DNA of 64,000 nt, taken from contig NC_068989.1 of assembly GCF_001194135.2 (NCBI RefSeq), positions 27,474,233 to 27,538,232 of the forward strand. Reading direction: 5' to 3'. Below, in pieces: positions 1 to 14,245 of the stretch; the stretch's first letter is position 1, and each line of letters begins with the position of its first letter. Below the pieces are notes generated by a model, which searched no databases, was not told the origin of the DNA, and saw nothing but the letters and a program-made list of their open reading frames with translations. The position numbers and the translations under genes were made by a program. Origin of the DNA: Octopus bimaculoides. Lineage: Eukaryota.

Positions 1-843
1 AGGCAAGACCGGAAAATTTAGATTAAGGTATGTCTCTCCATCTGTAGAGGATGGCATCTATGAGCCAGTGTGTAGTACGATATTTTATTTAAAATATTTA
101 CAATATCAACGTGTTTGTAACTGCTACTAAATTTCTGTGTTACTAAGTCACTCTCCCTCGTTAGGCATGTATTTACTCTTTAATATATGAAGGCGTATAC
201 ATGTTCGTAAATACCATAAAACTTTAACAATGTCCCATAGAGTCTGATGGTGATACACAAACGTTACTAACCACAAAAGACGTTACACAACATTTTATAC
301 CACCTTCCACCCAGGTCTGATTCAAAATACCTTCCCTCGGTAATTTATAGGCAAAATCACAGAACAATATCTTAAGTTACCCTTCTTCATAATAAGTCTT
401 TAAGAGATGCAGTTTTTCCAGAGGACATATTCAGCATCTTGGACTCGTTCATATAGGATGAGATTTTGAGAAAAATTTTCCATTTGAAGTCGTAGCTGGT
501 CTCTTCATCTTTAAGTTTCCAGATTAAAATCGAAATTGTTGTTGAAAGCCTATCATTTCAGTGCCTAAAAGATGGAAGATGGTGTTTGTATATGGATTTA
601 AATTTTCCTTCACGACTCATATATAACGCTTGCAAAGAGACATTTCCATTTTTACCTCGAAACTTTAAGACGAAGGAACCGGCTTTTTAAAGGATCAGAT
701 TTAAAAGAATTAATACTGGGTCGACTTGCTCGAATAGATCTCTACAAATCGGTGTCCCAGCATAATCACAACCCAAAGATTGAAACAAGTAAAAGATAAA
801 AGTTAACAGATATTTGGTACACACACACACACACACACACACA

Positions 844-1311
844 NNNNNNNNNNNNNNNNNNNNNNNNNNNNNNNNNNNNNNNNNNNNNNNNNNNNNNNNN
901 NNNNNNNNNNNNNNNNNNNNNNNNNNNNNNNNNNNNNNNNNNNNNNNNNNNNNNNNNNNNNNNNNNNNNNNNNNNNNNNNNNNNNNNNNNNNNNNNNNNN
1001 NNNNNNNNNNNNNNNNNNNNNNNNNNNNNNNNNNNNNNNNNNNNNNNNNNNNNNNNNNNNNNNNNNNNNNNNNNNNNNNNNNNNNNNNNNNNNNNNNNNN
1101 NNNNNNNNNNNNNNNNNNNNNNNNNNNNNNNNNNNNNNNNNNNNNNNNNNNNNNNNNNNNNNNNNNNNNNNNNNNNNNNNNNNNNNNNNNNNNNNNNNNN
1201 NNNNNNNNNNNNNNNNNNNNNNNNNNNNNNNNNNNNNNNNNNNNNNNNNNNNNNNNNNNNNNNNNNNNNNNNNNNNNNNNNNNNNNNNNNNNNNNNNNNN
1301 NNNNNNNNNNN
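844..1311. other. Assembly gap between (CA)n and (TA)n microsatellites
   Basis: Run of N. Confidence 0.98.
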
Positions 1312-1383
<72 letters not shown>

Positions 1384-1677
1384 TGTATGTATGTATGTAT
1401 ACATACAGGCATATATATATATATATGTATGCGTATGTATATATACATATATAAATATTATATATATATATATATATATGAATTAGATTCAGGGTGAATG
1501 TGGTTCTTAAGTTTAGGCACCAGAATTAAGTATGGTATTATCCAAACAATTCCAAAATAAGGTGATTAAAATCGAAATAAGCAACAAGGGTATTCAAAGT
1601 TAATGCAGTACGATCGTTTTATGCAACTCCATTTATTTAAGCAATGTGAACATTACATTAAATTTAAAATGCAGAGT

Positions 1678-1877
1678 AATCTCAGCTGCACAAAGATATA
1701 GAAATTTACTGAAATTTAATTTCAACAGAAGGACATATTGTTGTAACTACAAGTGGAAATGTTTTTTTTTTTTTGTATTCTTCCTTTCCACTTGGAGAGT
1801 TTAAATGTAGTAACAACAATATGTCCTGTTGAAATGAAATTTCAGTAAATTTCTATATCTTTGTGCAACTGAGGATT
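1678..1877. repeat. Foldback / long inverted repeat (about 75-90 bp arms), MITE-like
   Basis: aatctcagctgcacaaagatatagaaatttactgaaattt...ggacatattgttgtaactaca from 1678 is the reverse complement, with a few substitutions and indels, of tgtagtaacaacaatatgtcc...aaatttcagtaaatttctatatctttgtgcaactgaggatt ending at 1877. Confidence 0.85.
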
Positions 1878-2015
1878 NNNNNNNNNNATACATATATATA
1901 TATATAATATATATGTATATATTATATATATATATAAATACATATATAAATATTATATATATATATATACATATATACATATATAAATATTATATATATA
2001 TACATATATAAATAT

Positions 2016-2066
<51 letters not shown>

Positions 2067-2821
2067 ACGTGTGTGTCTGTGTGTGTGTATGTATAAATTC
2101 GTGTGTGAGTGCTAGCGTGGATTTGTGTGTGCGTGGTGCTTTCCAGTAAGCACATAGAAACATATTTAAGAATATACGTAGACATAATGATAGAAATATC
2201 TATGAAAAACAAAATGAACAAGAAAAAAAAACTTAACGAAAATCTACATTTATTCAAACAGGGATGACCTGCGAGTAAATTATCAGTATAAGTACGAGTA
2301 GAAGATTAGTAGAAAGAATGGAGTATTTCTACATAAAACATATGTAAAATTACGAAAGTCACTCGAAATTTTTTATTGATTTTGCTGCAAGCACTTAGTA
2401 TTTCCAACCATATATTTTTTTTTAAATTTTACTCCTTAATTCTGTCGCAGTCACACTTTCGTACTCATTTTGTATCTTCCTGTATGAGATAACTTTTTTT
2501 ATTATCTTTAATATTGTTACTTTTACTTTCAATCTTATCATTGAACTGCCATCAAATGCCTGATGTTTGTATAGATGCAAAACTTTAAACTTCGCATGTA
2601 AAGAACAGAATGTGAAAAATCGATAAAATATCTTTGATGCTCTACTAAGGAAATAAAAGGCAATCTGTTTAGTTCCATTTAATGCATGAGATAGGTATAG
2701 TCTTTGGAACATTTAATGATGATAATCTCTCTCACTCGAACTGTCTCTGCCAATTGTTATCTGTTTACACATATACATACAAACACACATACTCATATAT
2801 ATATATATATATATATATATA

Positions 2822-3525
2822 NNNNNNNNNNNNNNNNNNNNNNNNNNNNNNNNNNNNNNNNNNNNNNNNNNNNNNNNNNNNNNNNNNNNNNNNNNNNNNN
2901 NNNNNNNNNNNNNNNNNNNNNNNNNNNNNNNNNNNNNNNNNNNNNNNNNNNNNNNNNNNNNNNNNNNNNNNNNNNNNNNNNNNNNNNNNNNNNNNNNNNN
3001 NNNNNNNNNNNNNNNNNNNNNNNNNNNNNNNNNNNNNNNNNNNNNNNNNNNNNNNNNNNNNNNNNNNNNNNNNNNNNNNNNNNNNNNNNNNNNNNNNNNN
3101 NNNNNNNNNNNNNNNNNNNNNNNNNNNNNNNNNNNNNNNNNNNNNNNNNNNNNNNNNNNNNNNNNNNNNNNNNNNNNNNNNNNNNNNNNNNNNNNNNNNN
3201 NNNNNNNNNNNNNNNNNNNNNNNNNNNNNNNNNNNNNNNNNNNNNNNNNNNNNNNNNNNNNNNNNNNNNNNNNNNNNNNNNNNNNNNNNNNNNNNNNNNN
3301 NNNNNNNNNNNNNNNNNNNNNNNNNNNNNNNNNNNNNNNNNNNNNNNNNNNNNNNNNNNNNNNNNNNNNNNNNNNNNNNNNNNNNNNNNNNNNNNNNNNN
3401 NNNNNNNNNNNNNNNNNNNNNNNNNNNNNNNNNNNNNNNNNNNNNNNNNNNNNNNNNNNNNNNNNNNNNNNNNNNNNNNNNNNNNNNNNNNNNNNNNNNN
3501 NNNNNNNNNNNNNNNNNNNNNNNNN
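2822..3525. other. Assembly gap flanked by (TA)n
   Basis: Run of N. Confidence 0.97.
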
Positions 3526-3568
<43 letters not shown>

Positions 3569-4138
3569 ATATTGATATTGATATTTGCCATGATTCTCTA
3601 TTTTTGTTCTCTATCTCCCTTTATATATTTATAACCGACGCATAATTTATTATAAGAAACTAACATTTCAACACACCATTACTCTAAATTCCCTTTGACC
3701 AAGTATGCACTTTCAGAGATATCCGTATGACTGATAATAGAATACATAACTTTCCTTAACACACCCATTATGCGTAATTTTAAAGATTCAGCATATTTAT
3801 ATGCAGTGATATTCTACTAGCGGTTCAAGTTTTTAGGGCTGTGCCTTAATCAATTTTGATGGACAGTATCACTTTTTCAGAATAATGACCAGTTATATTT
3901 TCATGATATGCAGTAACTTGTTAATACTAAGAACAGTCCAAATGAGAGAAATTTTCAACTAAATTCTCCCCAATATCATAGTAGAAATATGGAAATAAAA
4001 ACGAGCGATTAAAATATATTGTACTGGATGCAATCCCACACTGTATAAAATCCCATACTGAACGTTTTCAAAGATGGGCCAACTCAAATTCGTCCTCTCT
4101 CCCAAGACCTAAATCTTATCATACTTCCTTGGTTAATA

Positions 4139-4696
4139 TATTGGGTTGTCCGGAAAGTACGTGCCGATTTATAGTAGCTTACCTTTCGACTTATTTTAGA
4201 TGTTTGAGTTCATAAAATAGGATTTGATTACACCTCCATTTAGTGCACAGTTTCAGCTATCTTTTCGTGGAAAAGATAACATAATCTGTGTTAATTCTGT
4301 AACCCTTTAAAATGAAAGATAAGAAAATTCATTTTCTTTTTCCGTAAAGGGAAAAATACCTCACAAGCAACCAATGAAATATGCGCAGTTTAGGGTGATG
4401 TTTCTTTATCCGAATGAACTGTACAGAAGCGGCTAGCAAGGTTCCGAGCTGGTGATTTTAGCCTTATTGATAAAGAGCGATCAGGCAGACTATCCACTAC
4501 AGATGATGACCAAATCAAGTCGTTAATTTAGAATGACCCACATTGCACAACCCGAGAATTGGCAGAAAGCAATCCGTCGTTCATGAGCACCTGGTAAAGC
4601 TTGGGTACACTAATCGCTACGATGTTTGGGTACCACATGAGTTGAGTGAGAAGAACCTTTTGGAAAATCGGCACGAACTTTCCGCACAACCCAATA
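4139..4696 (+). mobile_element. Internally deleted mariner (Tc1/mariner) transposon with both TIRs and TA TSD
   Basis: Left TA+TTGGGTTGTCCGGAAAGTACGTGCCGATTT (from 4139) matches right AAATCGGCACGAACTTTCCGCACAACCCAA+TA (to 4696); interior encodes the N-terminal part of a mariner transposase. Confidence 0.93.
4312..4662 (+). pseudogene. Mariner transposase N-terminal fragment (HTH region to WVPHEL motif), frameshifted and truncated
   Basis: ATG at 4312 gives MKDKKIHF..., then RKGKN..QATNEICAV, RFRAGDFSLIDKERSGR..TTDDDQIK and HLVKLGYTNRYDVWVPHELSEKNL; WVPHEL is a mariner hallmark; the DD34D catalytic domain is missing. Confidence 0.9.
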
Positions 4697-4820
4697 CTTT
4701 TACCATAAATGTTCATAGAATTGTCATGAAGTATTCCCAAACTCCATTTTCTCTGTTTGTGGGTAAGGTAATCACAAAGCTATTAACCTGTTAGCCGTTT
4801 CAAAGCATTAAAATAAAGCA

Positions 4821-5037
4821 TATTCTTTTCTACTCTAGGCACAAAGCCCGAAATGTTGGGGAACGGGGCCTAGTCGATTAGATCGACCCCAACACGCATC
4901 TGGTACTTAATTTATCGACCCCGAAAGAAAGAAAGGCAGAGTCGACCTCGGCGGAATTTGAACTCTGAGCGTAGAGACAAACAAAATACCGCTAACCATT
5001 TCACCCGGCAAGCAATCGTTTCTGCCAGCTCGCCACC
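4821..5037 (-). mobile_element. tRNA-derived SINE, family A (octopus-like)
   Basis: On the minus strand, head ggcgagctggcagaaacg (A-box-like) and gagttcaaattccgcc (B-box-like), then gtcgac...ttcggggtcgataaattaagtaccag; homologous copies at 16245-16425 and 43415-43631. Confidence 0.8.
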
Positions 5038-8000
5038 CTAAATAAAACATTCTGCATGATCAATGTGAAAGGAAATTTCACAGTAATGAAATCTCGATAT
5101 GTCACAAGGGTTAAATCCAAATCAGACTATCTTTATTGCATAGTTCGATGATATTATTTTGCATGCTATGAATGACAATATGCATACACACATACATTCA
5201 TTTGTGCATATGTGCGGGCATGTGTGTGTGTTTGTGTATGTGCATGTGCGTATGCATGCGTGTGTGTGCATACATGTGTGTATGTCTGTTTGTCCCCGTG
5301 CAAGTGTGTGTATGGGGCTTTTCTTCTTTGGATTCAAATTTTCCTTTGCATACTTGAATTTATTCCTTAACAAAATAACAAGGTTCCTTTGTTTAAATCC
5401 AAAATGCTCTGGAGTTCTCAGATATCTTAATTTTTTGGTTCCCAGGTGAAGGTCTTTGTATTGACAAATCTTTTTACTTGTTTCACTCAAGGGGGCGTAC
5501 GTGTGTGCGTGTGTGTTTGTGTGTGTGTATGTGTGTACAAACCTCCATGTATGATAAATTGAAAATCATGTAGTGGATGTGTATGTCACTGTCCTACACA
5601 ATTGTATCCGTGATATGAGCGGTTTAGTGTGAGTACGTGTGTATATTTTGTATGTAGATGTTATTCCTTTCATGTGTTCAACCCAGATGCCACAAATGCT
5701 TTAAAATATTCATTGCACTCTTAATAGACTCTGATTGGAAAACGTTAATCAGATTCTTTTTCCCCCTTTAAAAAAATGTTTTTATCCATATAAGTATATT
5801 GCTAGCACGTCCAGTGAGGTTTTAGCTGAATTTTGCAATAGCGATAATGGAAAATTCCAAGTTGTGATGTAAAACATTTCAAATGAAATCCATTTGGAGT
5901 ATCGGAAAGGTTGACGAATAAATGATACAGCTCGATAGATAAATGATTTGAGGATGAGTGAAGTTGAGGGTAACAATAAATTGGGGGTGAGAATGAAAAT
6001 AATTCTGAGAGATCTCTAAGTACAAACTAGTCAAATTCAGGATATGATTATCTAAATAGCATGAGCGTGAGTCAGAAATTTTATGTGACAAAATATATCA
6101 GAGCAAATTTGTATATAAATTCGACATGTATATAATCACTGAGCAACGTTTTTGGTGAACATATAGGTTGAAGTTATCTTTACCTTATAGCTTATAAAAT
6201 TGTAATGGTAGGGTGGGCTATTTTTGGATAAAATGAGAAGTGTGCAAGAGTCTTAGTTTGATGGAAATGAGATCGCATAGGGAGAGTGACTGATATCAGA
6301 GAAGTGGAGAACAGAGTTGTATAACCGACAAATGTGGAGTGGCAGCGGGCTGTGACGTTAATACCACTGACATTCAGGGATACATACGCGCGCGCTCTCA
6401 ATCAGGTTACAAAGCCTAGTCGTAGCAGACAAACGATAATTAATGAAAACACTATTTGTGTGTGTGTATATAGGTATGTATGTATGTACGTATGTATGTA
6501 TCTATGGAGGGATGTCACATGCTCTCACTCTCAAGACAAGGAATGATTAAGATGAAAAAGTTTACTCTATTAACATGTATACGACATTACGCACATGAAA
6601 GGAAGTAACTTAATCCTACAACAAATATATTTGTGATTAAACCAAAATCATTCTTTTTTCATCCCTCCTTCTCTTTCTCTCTCTCTCACACACACTCCAC
6701 ACACATACGCATACGTCTTTCATATCACTCTCTTCCTCGCTCCGCTGAGGGTTAGCATTTAACGTTTGGGTTTCGTGTTACCACTTAGGATTATAATTTC
6801 GAGTTAGGGTAAGGATTACGTTTAAGCAGAAACTAAAAAGGGATTCAAAAGTTTTGAACTTGTGTACATTTTTTTATATAATTGAACTTGTATGTTTGGA
6901 ATATATTCTTAAAATATATTCTTAAAGAAAGAAAATTAAAAAGGTCTACAGGGTGTTCTTAGTTCGAAATTTTGCTTCTTTTTTTTCGAAATGGTTTTAT
7001 ATAAGTTAGATAAAGTGCTCAGTGACGTTACTGTTAATTCTCTGAATCATTAAATCGGGTACTCCAGCTAGTACAAAATAAAATAGAATCTACAGAATAA
7101 AATCGTTAAGAATAGTAGAAAATACTGGAGGAGTTTTCGAACAAAAACTATATGTATAGATTTGAAAAGATCGAATGTCAAGCATTGACGTATTGAGAGA
7201 GATAAAAATGAATGCAAGCTCTGCATAATTGTACGTATATTGAAAACAAATTAGGAAGAGGGAAAGATAAACAGAGAAAACTACAAGTATGTGTGGAAAA
7301 ACATGGCTTCATAGACTTTTTTAAACAGTACTTTAGTAAACAGCATTTTACAAAGGAACTGAGAAATTGTTTCTAAATTTAAAAGAAGAATGTAGGTTAA
7401 GTAGCATAAAAACCTTGGAATTTCTAACAGTCCAAAATGGTGATGTAAATTACGTACTGAAATCTATAAATTTATTAGACACATTTCTAACATCAACGGC
7501 AGCCATATCAAGATGATGGCATGCAAAACACCAATCTTATAACTAATGAACAGATTCTTTATTGTGTAAGAAATATTTTTTACTGAATCCAACTTCTAAC
7601 TGGGCTTCATCTAGTTCATAGTTTCATGTTTTCAGATTTCCAAATGATTATTTCAACTCTATAACAAACTTTTTAGTCGTTCAAGGAATAGCATAGTCAT
7701 TATTATAAACCTAGTCATAAATAAGTTAGGATATAAATAAGTTGTTCTATTTTTCTTAAACGTATCTAAAAGACCGATCGATCAACTATAACATCCTTAC
7801 AGTAGCTACGACTCGTTGCAACAAGAATCAAGCTACAAGCAACTTAAACTAAAAAAGCAAAAATCAATCACGCCACAAGCTTTCTTGAAGCACACATAAA
7901 GAAAAGAAATGCAGGCAGTCAAAAATAAATACCATGAAAAAATGCTACTAGTTAACCAGGCAAGCCACTGTGCATTTCTCAAACTATATGAACGTCATCT

Positions 8001-8454
8001 TCCTCAAATCAAATTGTATTTTCTTTAACATATCATGACACATACCGTAATAAAATAGTTTCAAATAAATTCGAAAGAGATCTCAACCGAGGTAATGATT
8101 TTGATCATAGACTTACTCGATCAAAAATTATTTGGGAGCAAATAATATCAGCAACACCTCAAATATTTACGAAAAGTTGTAACTCTTAAAGAACTGGGAA
8201 AGTATTATGCAATACTAAGCTTTAAATTCCAATATTACCGATGCTAAGGTGTATATTTTTCTTCACGCGGAACATTAAAGTAGATATAATAAACTGATGT
8301 TTCGACACACTAATTAAGTACCTTCACTAATAAAACTAATTCCACCAAGGAACATTTAGTAGAATAAGCTGATATCAATGATTACGTAACCTTCTCGAAA
8401 CTTTATGCCACTATGAAAATTTTTGAAATGAATATCTGAATTTGAAATATTTAT

Positions 8455-9110
8455 GAGAATGATGATGATCACAAGAAAGGAAATAACGATCGTGGAGGGC
8501 GAGTTGGTGATTATGAAGACAACGACGAGGAAAGCGACGGATGAGAGTGAGGGTAGTGATGGTTGAGATGACAATTTTAAGGATCTCGTGATACTGGTGA
8601 TTGTGATAAAGTTGATTTTGACAAACAAGCTGATAATGATGATGATGACGACGACGACCACGACGACGACGACGACGACGACGACGACCACGACGACGAC
8701 GATGATGATGATGACAACGACGATGATGATCTGTTGCTGATAGAAGGGAATATAAATAATAATTATGTCCTTGATGATGATGCTTTTTCATGAAGATTAC
8801 GATGATGTCGAGGGTGAAGGGAATGTTAAAGTTGATAAGAATAATGAATACACTAATAATATTATTGATGATATTGATGCTAGTGATGTTCAAGGAGATG
8901 ACGACTGCGATGATACAATGAAATAGCTAATGGTGGTGGCGGAGAAAGAGAAGGAATAGAAAAGTATAGATTGAATATGGTAGGTGTTAGTCAATGATGA
9001 TGCCAATACTGAAGTCGACAATCACATTGATGATAGCAACGATGATGATGATAATAGCGATTGCTATGATAATAATGATGATGATGATGGTAACGGTGAT
9101 AGTGGCGTAT
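8455..9110. repeat. Degenerate (GAT/GAC)n low-complexity tract
   Basis: Pure GAT/GAC runs at about 8630-8730 within a decayed GAT-rich stretch. Confidence 0.85.
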
Positions 9111-10584
9111 TTTAAGTAGAGTAACGATCGAAAATAATCCTGTTAAATATCCTCAATTTTTACTTTTCGCGTTTCACAGACATTTACATCGTTCATTCTA
9201 TGATCTAGTTTACTTTCGTTACATTTTCTATTTTTTCTCCTAAATCAATAGTTTGCTTTGAATTATTAGTGTGCACTGCAACCTTAGGCTTTCGGAATGT
9301 AAATAAGAAAACAGTATACGCTTTTAATATGTTGATTCTTCTCGTTCTCTAAGCCAGCTTTCTATAGATTGATAAAAAAATGTGAGAGTTAGATATTAAA
9401 ATCTGCATTGAGTAACGTTCTTCTCGTGAAATAGGAATACGAAGACTAGTACAGTTTCTACTTATACCAGTTCAGTAAGTTTTATTGCTTGTGTTGCATG
9501 CAGGCACGTTCATACGTGTTTATATTACTAATTAGTCGTAGTTATGTTGTCTTTTATGATATCAAAGCATCAATCACCAACAGGCCTAGTGATGCGAAAT
9601 CCAATCTATGCGAATCATATTAAAAGAAATTCTTCATAATTCGAGAGATAGTAAGTGGGAAGAACAAGGAAAAAGGAGGAATAGTGAAAAAAATAACTTT
9701 GGTCTTATTTGTAACAGCGACATATTAGTCGAATTAATATCAGATATTCTGTTCCGTCCATAAATTTTCAAACTATTTACATAAGCAAGAAGTAGAAAAT
9801 ATTGCTGAATTAGAATGAGGTAATGAATATAGTCGGGTTACAGTGACCAATGATTATTTAATTTCTGTAAATAAGTACGACCAACTCATACACTTGCCTT
9901 TTACAAGGATGTCATAAACATTGACAGGATGACTGGAAAAAAATATGTTCCAGAATGGTAATACGTCTACTTTACTCTTTCCCTTAACTCCATACCTGAA
10001 GATATCCTAGTTGCCGCATAATCGAACTTCAATGTTGAAAAATAGAGGCTAAGTAATACCATTTGTATTTAAAATTACAAACGTGTGTCATTAGCAAGTG
10101 TGAGGGTAATATCATTGAATATTTTCATATTATATTTCTTATATGCATGTTTATAGTACAACGACTAGAAAGCAATCTATTTCGGCGTACCTTACTTCTG
10201 TAGTTGCTTCTAGATTTTCTATAGATTCTTTTTTGGTAAAAATTTATCATATCTATCCAAGACAAAGATAGCCGCCATATTTCCAGTAAAACCGATCGAG
10301 GACTATAATAGCCAATATACCTCGCAGTTACAATAAAGTAGTGTCTCATTCACAGGAAATATTGAACTGGAAAGTAGAAGAAAATCGTTAGAAAGTTGAA
10401 ATAAAAGATTTGAATTTAATGAGACCCTTTCGAATTTTGCCGTTACTATCTTACCTTTCATTATTCAGCAACCTATGAATTATTGTGCCAGTCAAATACT
10501 GAGTTCAAAATGTCTAGTCACCACCTCCCTGCAAAATTGCCTTCTTCAGGAAAATTTATTATAAAATACGAGTATTTTAGAACA

Positions 10585-10644
<60 letters not shown>

Positions 10645-11038
10645 NNNNNNNNNNNNNNNNNNNNNNNNNNNNNNNNNNNNNNNNNNNNNNNNNNNNNNNN
10701 NNNNNNNNNNNNNNNNNNNNNNNNNNNNNNNNNNNNNNNNNNNNNNNNNNNNNNNNNNNNNNNNNNNNNNNNNNNNNNNNNNNNNNNNNNNNNNNNNNNN
10801 NNNNNNNNNNNNNNNNNNNNNNNNNNNNNNNNNNNNNNNNNNNNNNNNNNNNNNNNNNNNNNNNNNNNNNNNNNNNNNNNNNNNNNNNNNNNNNNNNNNN
10901 NNNNNNNNNNNNNNNNNNNNNNNNNNNNNNNNNNNNNNNNNNNNNNNNNNNNNNNNNNNNNNNNNNNNNNNNNNNNNNNNNNNNNNNNNNNNNNNNNNNN
11001 NNNNNNNNNNNNNNNNNNNNNNNNNNNNNNNNNNNNNN
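10645..11038. other. Assembly gap after (CT)n
   Basis: Run of N. Confidence 0.97.
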
Positions 11039-11753
11039 GTGAGGGTGTGTGTGTGTGTGAGAGAGAGAGTGTGTGTGTGTGTGTGTGAAAGTATGTATGT
11101 ACATGACTAGAGTTCCATCATTATACTAGTTTAATGGTAGGACAGTTTTAATGCTGATAGAAAACATGGATTTGCCTCCCAAATGCTGCCTTCCAATTTT
11201 CCGTCCAACGGTTTCTTTTAACCCAATATTTATATACTACTATTTATTCATTTATTCTTAAGTGTCCAACCGTTAAAGACTATATACATATCTGTGCGTG
11301 TGTATTTGTGTATTAATGTTTGTTTCTATGTCAAAACAATTTCAGATTAAACTGAAAGATTTCTCAGTACATTTCTAGAAGGAAAGCAAGTGAAAACTTC
11401 ATAGTCACTGTCAACCTTTTATTAGCGAAAATTTAATATATATCTATATGTCTGTATGTCGTGCAAGTAAGTACTATATGTGTGTACAATTGATATAAGT
11501 GTGAGTGTGAGTGTGAGTGTGTGAGTCTGAATATATTTATATGCATATATACATGCATATGCGTGTATCTATGTTTTTTATGCGTACATGTGTGTGTGTG
11601 AATACGTGTGTTCCCGTATGTATGTGACAGTTAGCGCGTATGTATTTGTGCGTCTGTGTAATCTGAGAACTGAAATAGATAACTAGCTATACTTGTGTTT
11701 ACTACTTCACGATCATTTTAGTTTAGCCAAACACATACACACACGTGCATATA

Positions 11754-11790
<37 letters not shown>

Positions 11791-12674
11791 AGCTCATGCT
11801 TTCTCCTGTATGCCACAAGGTACAGAGAAATAAGAAGATATATCATAATCGAAATGCGCGAAACTGAGTTTAAAGAACGAGTTACCGTTTGAGAAATCAC
11901 TTAATGATGTATATCTGAATCGAATGATGCACTACAACTAATCGTAAAGAATGTCACCCACGGGGGAGCGATGAAAGATATATCGAAATAATCGTATTTA
12001 TTAATAACGTATCTCGCGAATTCCATTTTGTTTATTTCTCTGTCACTCACATGTTATAAGCATCCGAGACACGCAGGAATTCCTGAACTAAATCCTGTCG
12101 CACTTATATCCATACTACTGATGACGTCAGATTTGCATATCCATGGGTATACCATATACGACCACATTCATGTAACCCGTGCATATACGGACATATTCAT
12201 AAACTTAAATGTACTTGTGCATGCACACACAAATATACACATGCTTATATATAAGATATATATGTACATGATATATTATACCTGTGCACACCGGAATGCA
12301 GTTACTTTTTATACTTATGCACGCCGGTATGCAGTTCCAGATCCAACATAGAGAAAATTCGGGGTGTGTTGTTTATATAAAATAAGGATACAAATGTGTT
12401 AAAGAAATCATTTAATGTGATATTGTCCGTTGGTTGTTTTATAACCCACAGGCATACGAAATCTGGCTAAACTTCGGTATGTCTTCACTCCCTAATTTTT
12501 TGGCGAAATGACAGGGTCCCACCAAATTTCATATCTTGGTATTTTTTCTCCGAACCAAGCTTTAAATTTTTAATTCACCTGAAGAAAAAAAGGGGTTTTT
12601 TTTACATGATGTAATCGCAATGAAGATCGGATCTCAATCAGCTGTTGTGAACCTTTAACCCTTTTGTGTTCATA

Positions 12675-12753
<79 letters not shown>

Positions 12754-13354
12754 GTGTGTGTGTTTGTGTGTGCGTGTCTCTGTGTGTGCCTGCGTGTTTG
12801 TATGTATGCATGCATGTATGTTTTTGTATGGACGTTTAGGTAGAGATAACTGTATACAGATGAAATATATATACATATACATATATGAAAAATACATACT
12901 CATGCTATTACACACAGAAACATATATATGGAAGGATGTACACAAACTGATGGTAAGTTACATATACTTAAATATTCCGCCTTCTGTATTGATGTAAATT
13001 GGATTCACCAAATGGAACGGTTCAAAATGATGAAAAGTAAAAGGATAAGAAAGCAATATTCATATGAATATAGTGAAAAAGATTAATGAGATACAACATT
13101 TCATAGTGAACACTTAAAGCATACAATTGGAGTGTAAATCTGGAAAGACATCTTACGAATACATATATTGTTTAAAAATGGAAATAGCTAAGTAATCGAA
13201 GCAATTTCCTTGATGTTCGTCTTCAGAAAATTGTTCTCCATGAAAGTAATATTGTTTATTCCGTACTTGAGATCATAAATAAATAATGCATACGGTATTC
13301 ACATTAACAACAAAGCATTTTCTTCAACTCTACATACACAGATACATACATTAC

Positions 13355-13391
<37 letters not shown>

Positions 13392-13606
13392 CATACATAC
13401 ATACATACATACATACATAGGATATTAATATATATGCACTTATATATACATGTATATATATAAATATATATGCATATATATATATATATATGCACTTATA
13501 CACACACACACACACACACACACACGTATATATATATATATATAAATATATAAATATATATATATATATATATAATAAATTATATGGTTAACTTAGCAAT
13601 TTGACA

Positions 13607-14245
13607 AAATTAATAGAGGTCATAAAAGTAACGGAGGGTACTGATCAGCACCAGCTATTGCTAGAGACGAGTGTTAAAATAACGCAAAAGCCATAATGCA
13701 CTGTACTTAATGATTGCCTAAGCGGGGTAAGTCCCCAGCGTATATAGCCGCATGGAACGCTCTCAGATTTTGATGCATAGCATTTTAATCCTCGTCAACG
13801 AATCTTGACGTCTAGGTTCAAACTCAACTACCGCTGTCTATCTTATAAGAAAAACTGTTGAAAACCTGTTCTGATTTTCAAGGCGGTGAAAGTGTTAAAA
13901 CAGATTGGATAGGCGGCTTATTACCAATTTAAACCTAAAGGTAAAACTAATAGAGGTCACAAAATGACGGACGGTACTGACCAGCTCGAGCTATTGCTAG
14001 AAACAGGAGCTAAAATAACTAAAAAGCACTGTACCTAATGACTCACAAAGGGAAGTAAGTACCCAGCGTATATAGCGGGATCAACTGATTTTGGATTTTG
14101 ATACATAGCATCTGACACTTTTACTGCTTTGAAAATCTGAATAGGTTTTTAACGGTTTTTCCTATTAGAGTGGCAGAGGTAGTTGAGTTTTATGCTAGGC
14201 GTTAATAGTTGCTGACGAGGATTAAGATGTTATGCATCAAAATCC
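13607..14245. repeat. Diverged tandem duplication (A-B / A'-inverted B') of a ~290-bp unit
   Basis: 13607-13783 matches 13943-14111 in direct orientation (taatagaggtca...gctattgctaga...cccagcgtatatagc...gattttgat.catagcat); 13764-13896 matches the reverse complement of 14112-14245. Confidence 0.85.

Noticed and set aside
687-3645. Long track ORFs (200-313 aa) at 0.7-3.6 kb, and likewise at 10.5, 43.6 and 60.7-61.6 kb
   Set aside because: They are translations through N gaps and TA/CA/CT repeats (X runs, YIYI, HTHT) with no coding evidence.
6749-6822. Scattered ttaggg-like words suggesting an interstitial telomere
   Set aside because: Only one or two exact units and no tandem array.
8356-9110. 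Asp-rich or poly-Val/His/Arg ORFs suggesting an acidic biomineralisation-type protein
   Set aside because: The Asp frame is broken by stops and frameshifts, lacks a start or clear splice sites, and is explained by a decayed GAT microsatellite.
12470-12500. Candidate micro-exon ttttataacccacag|gcatacgaaatctggctaaacttcg|gtatgt
   Set aside because: The splice signals are plausible, but such 25-nt matches are expected by chance in 64 kb and there is no homology; needs RNA-seq.
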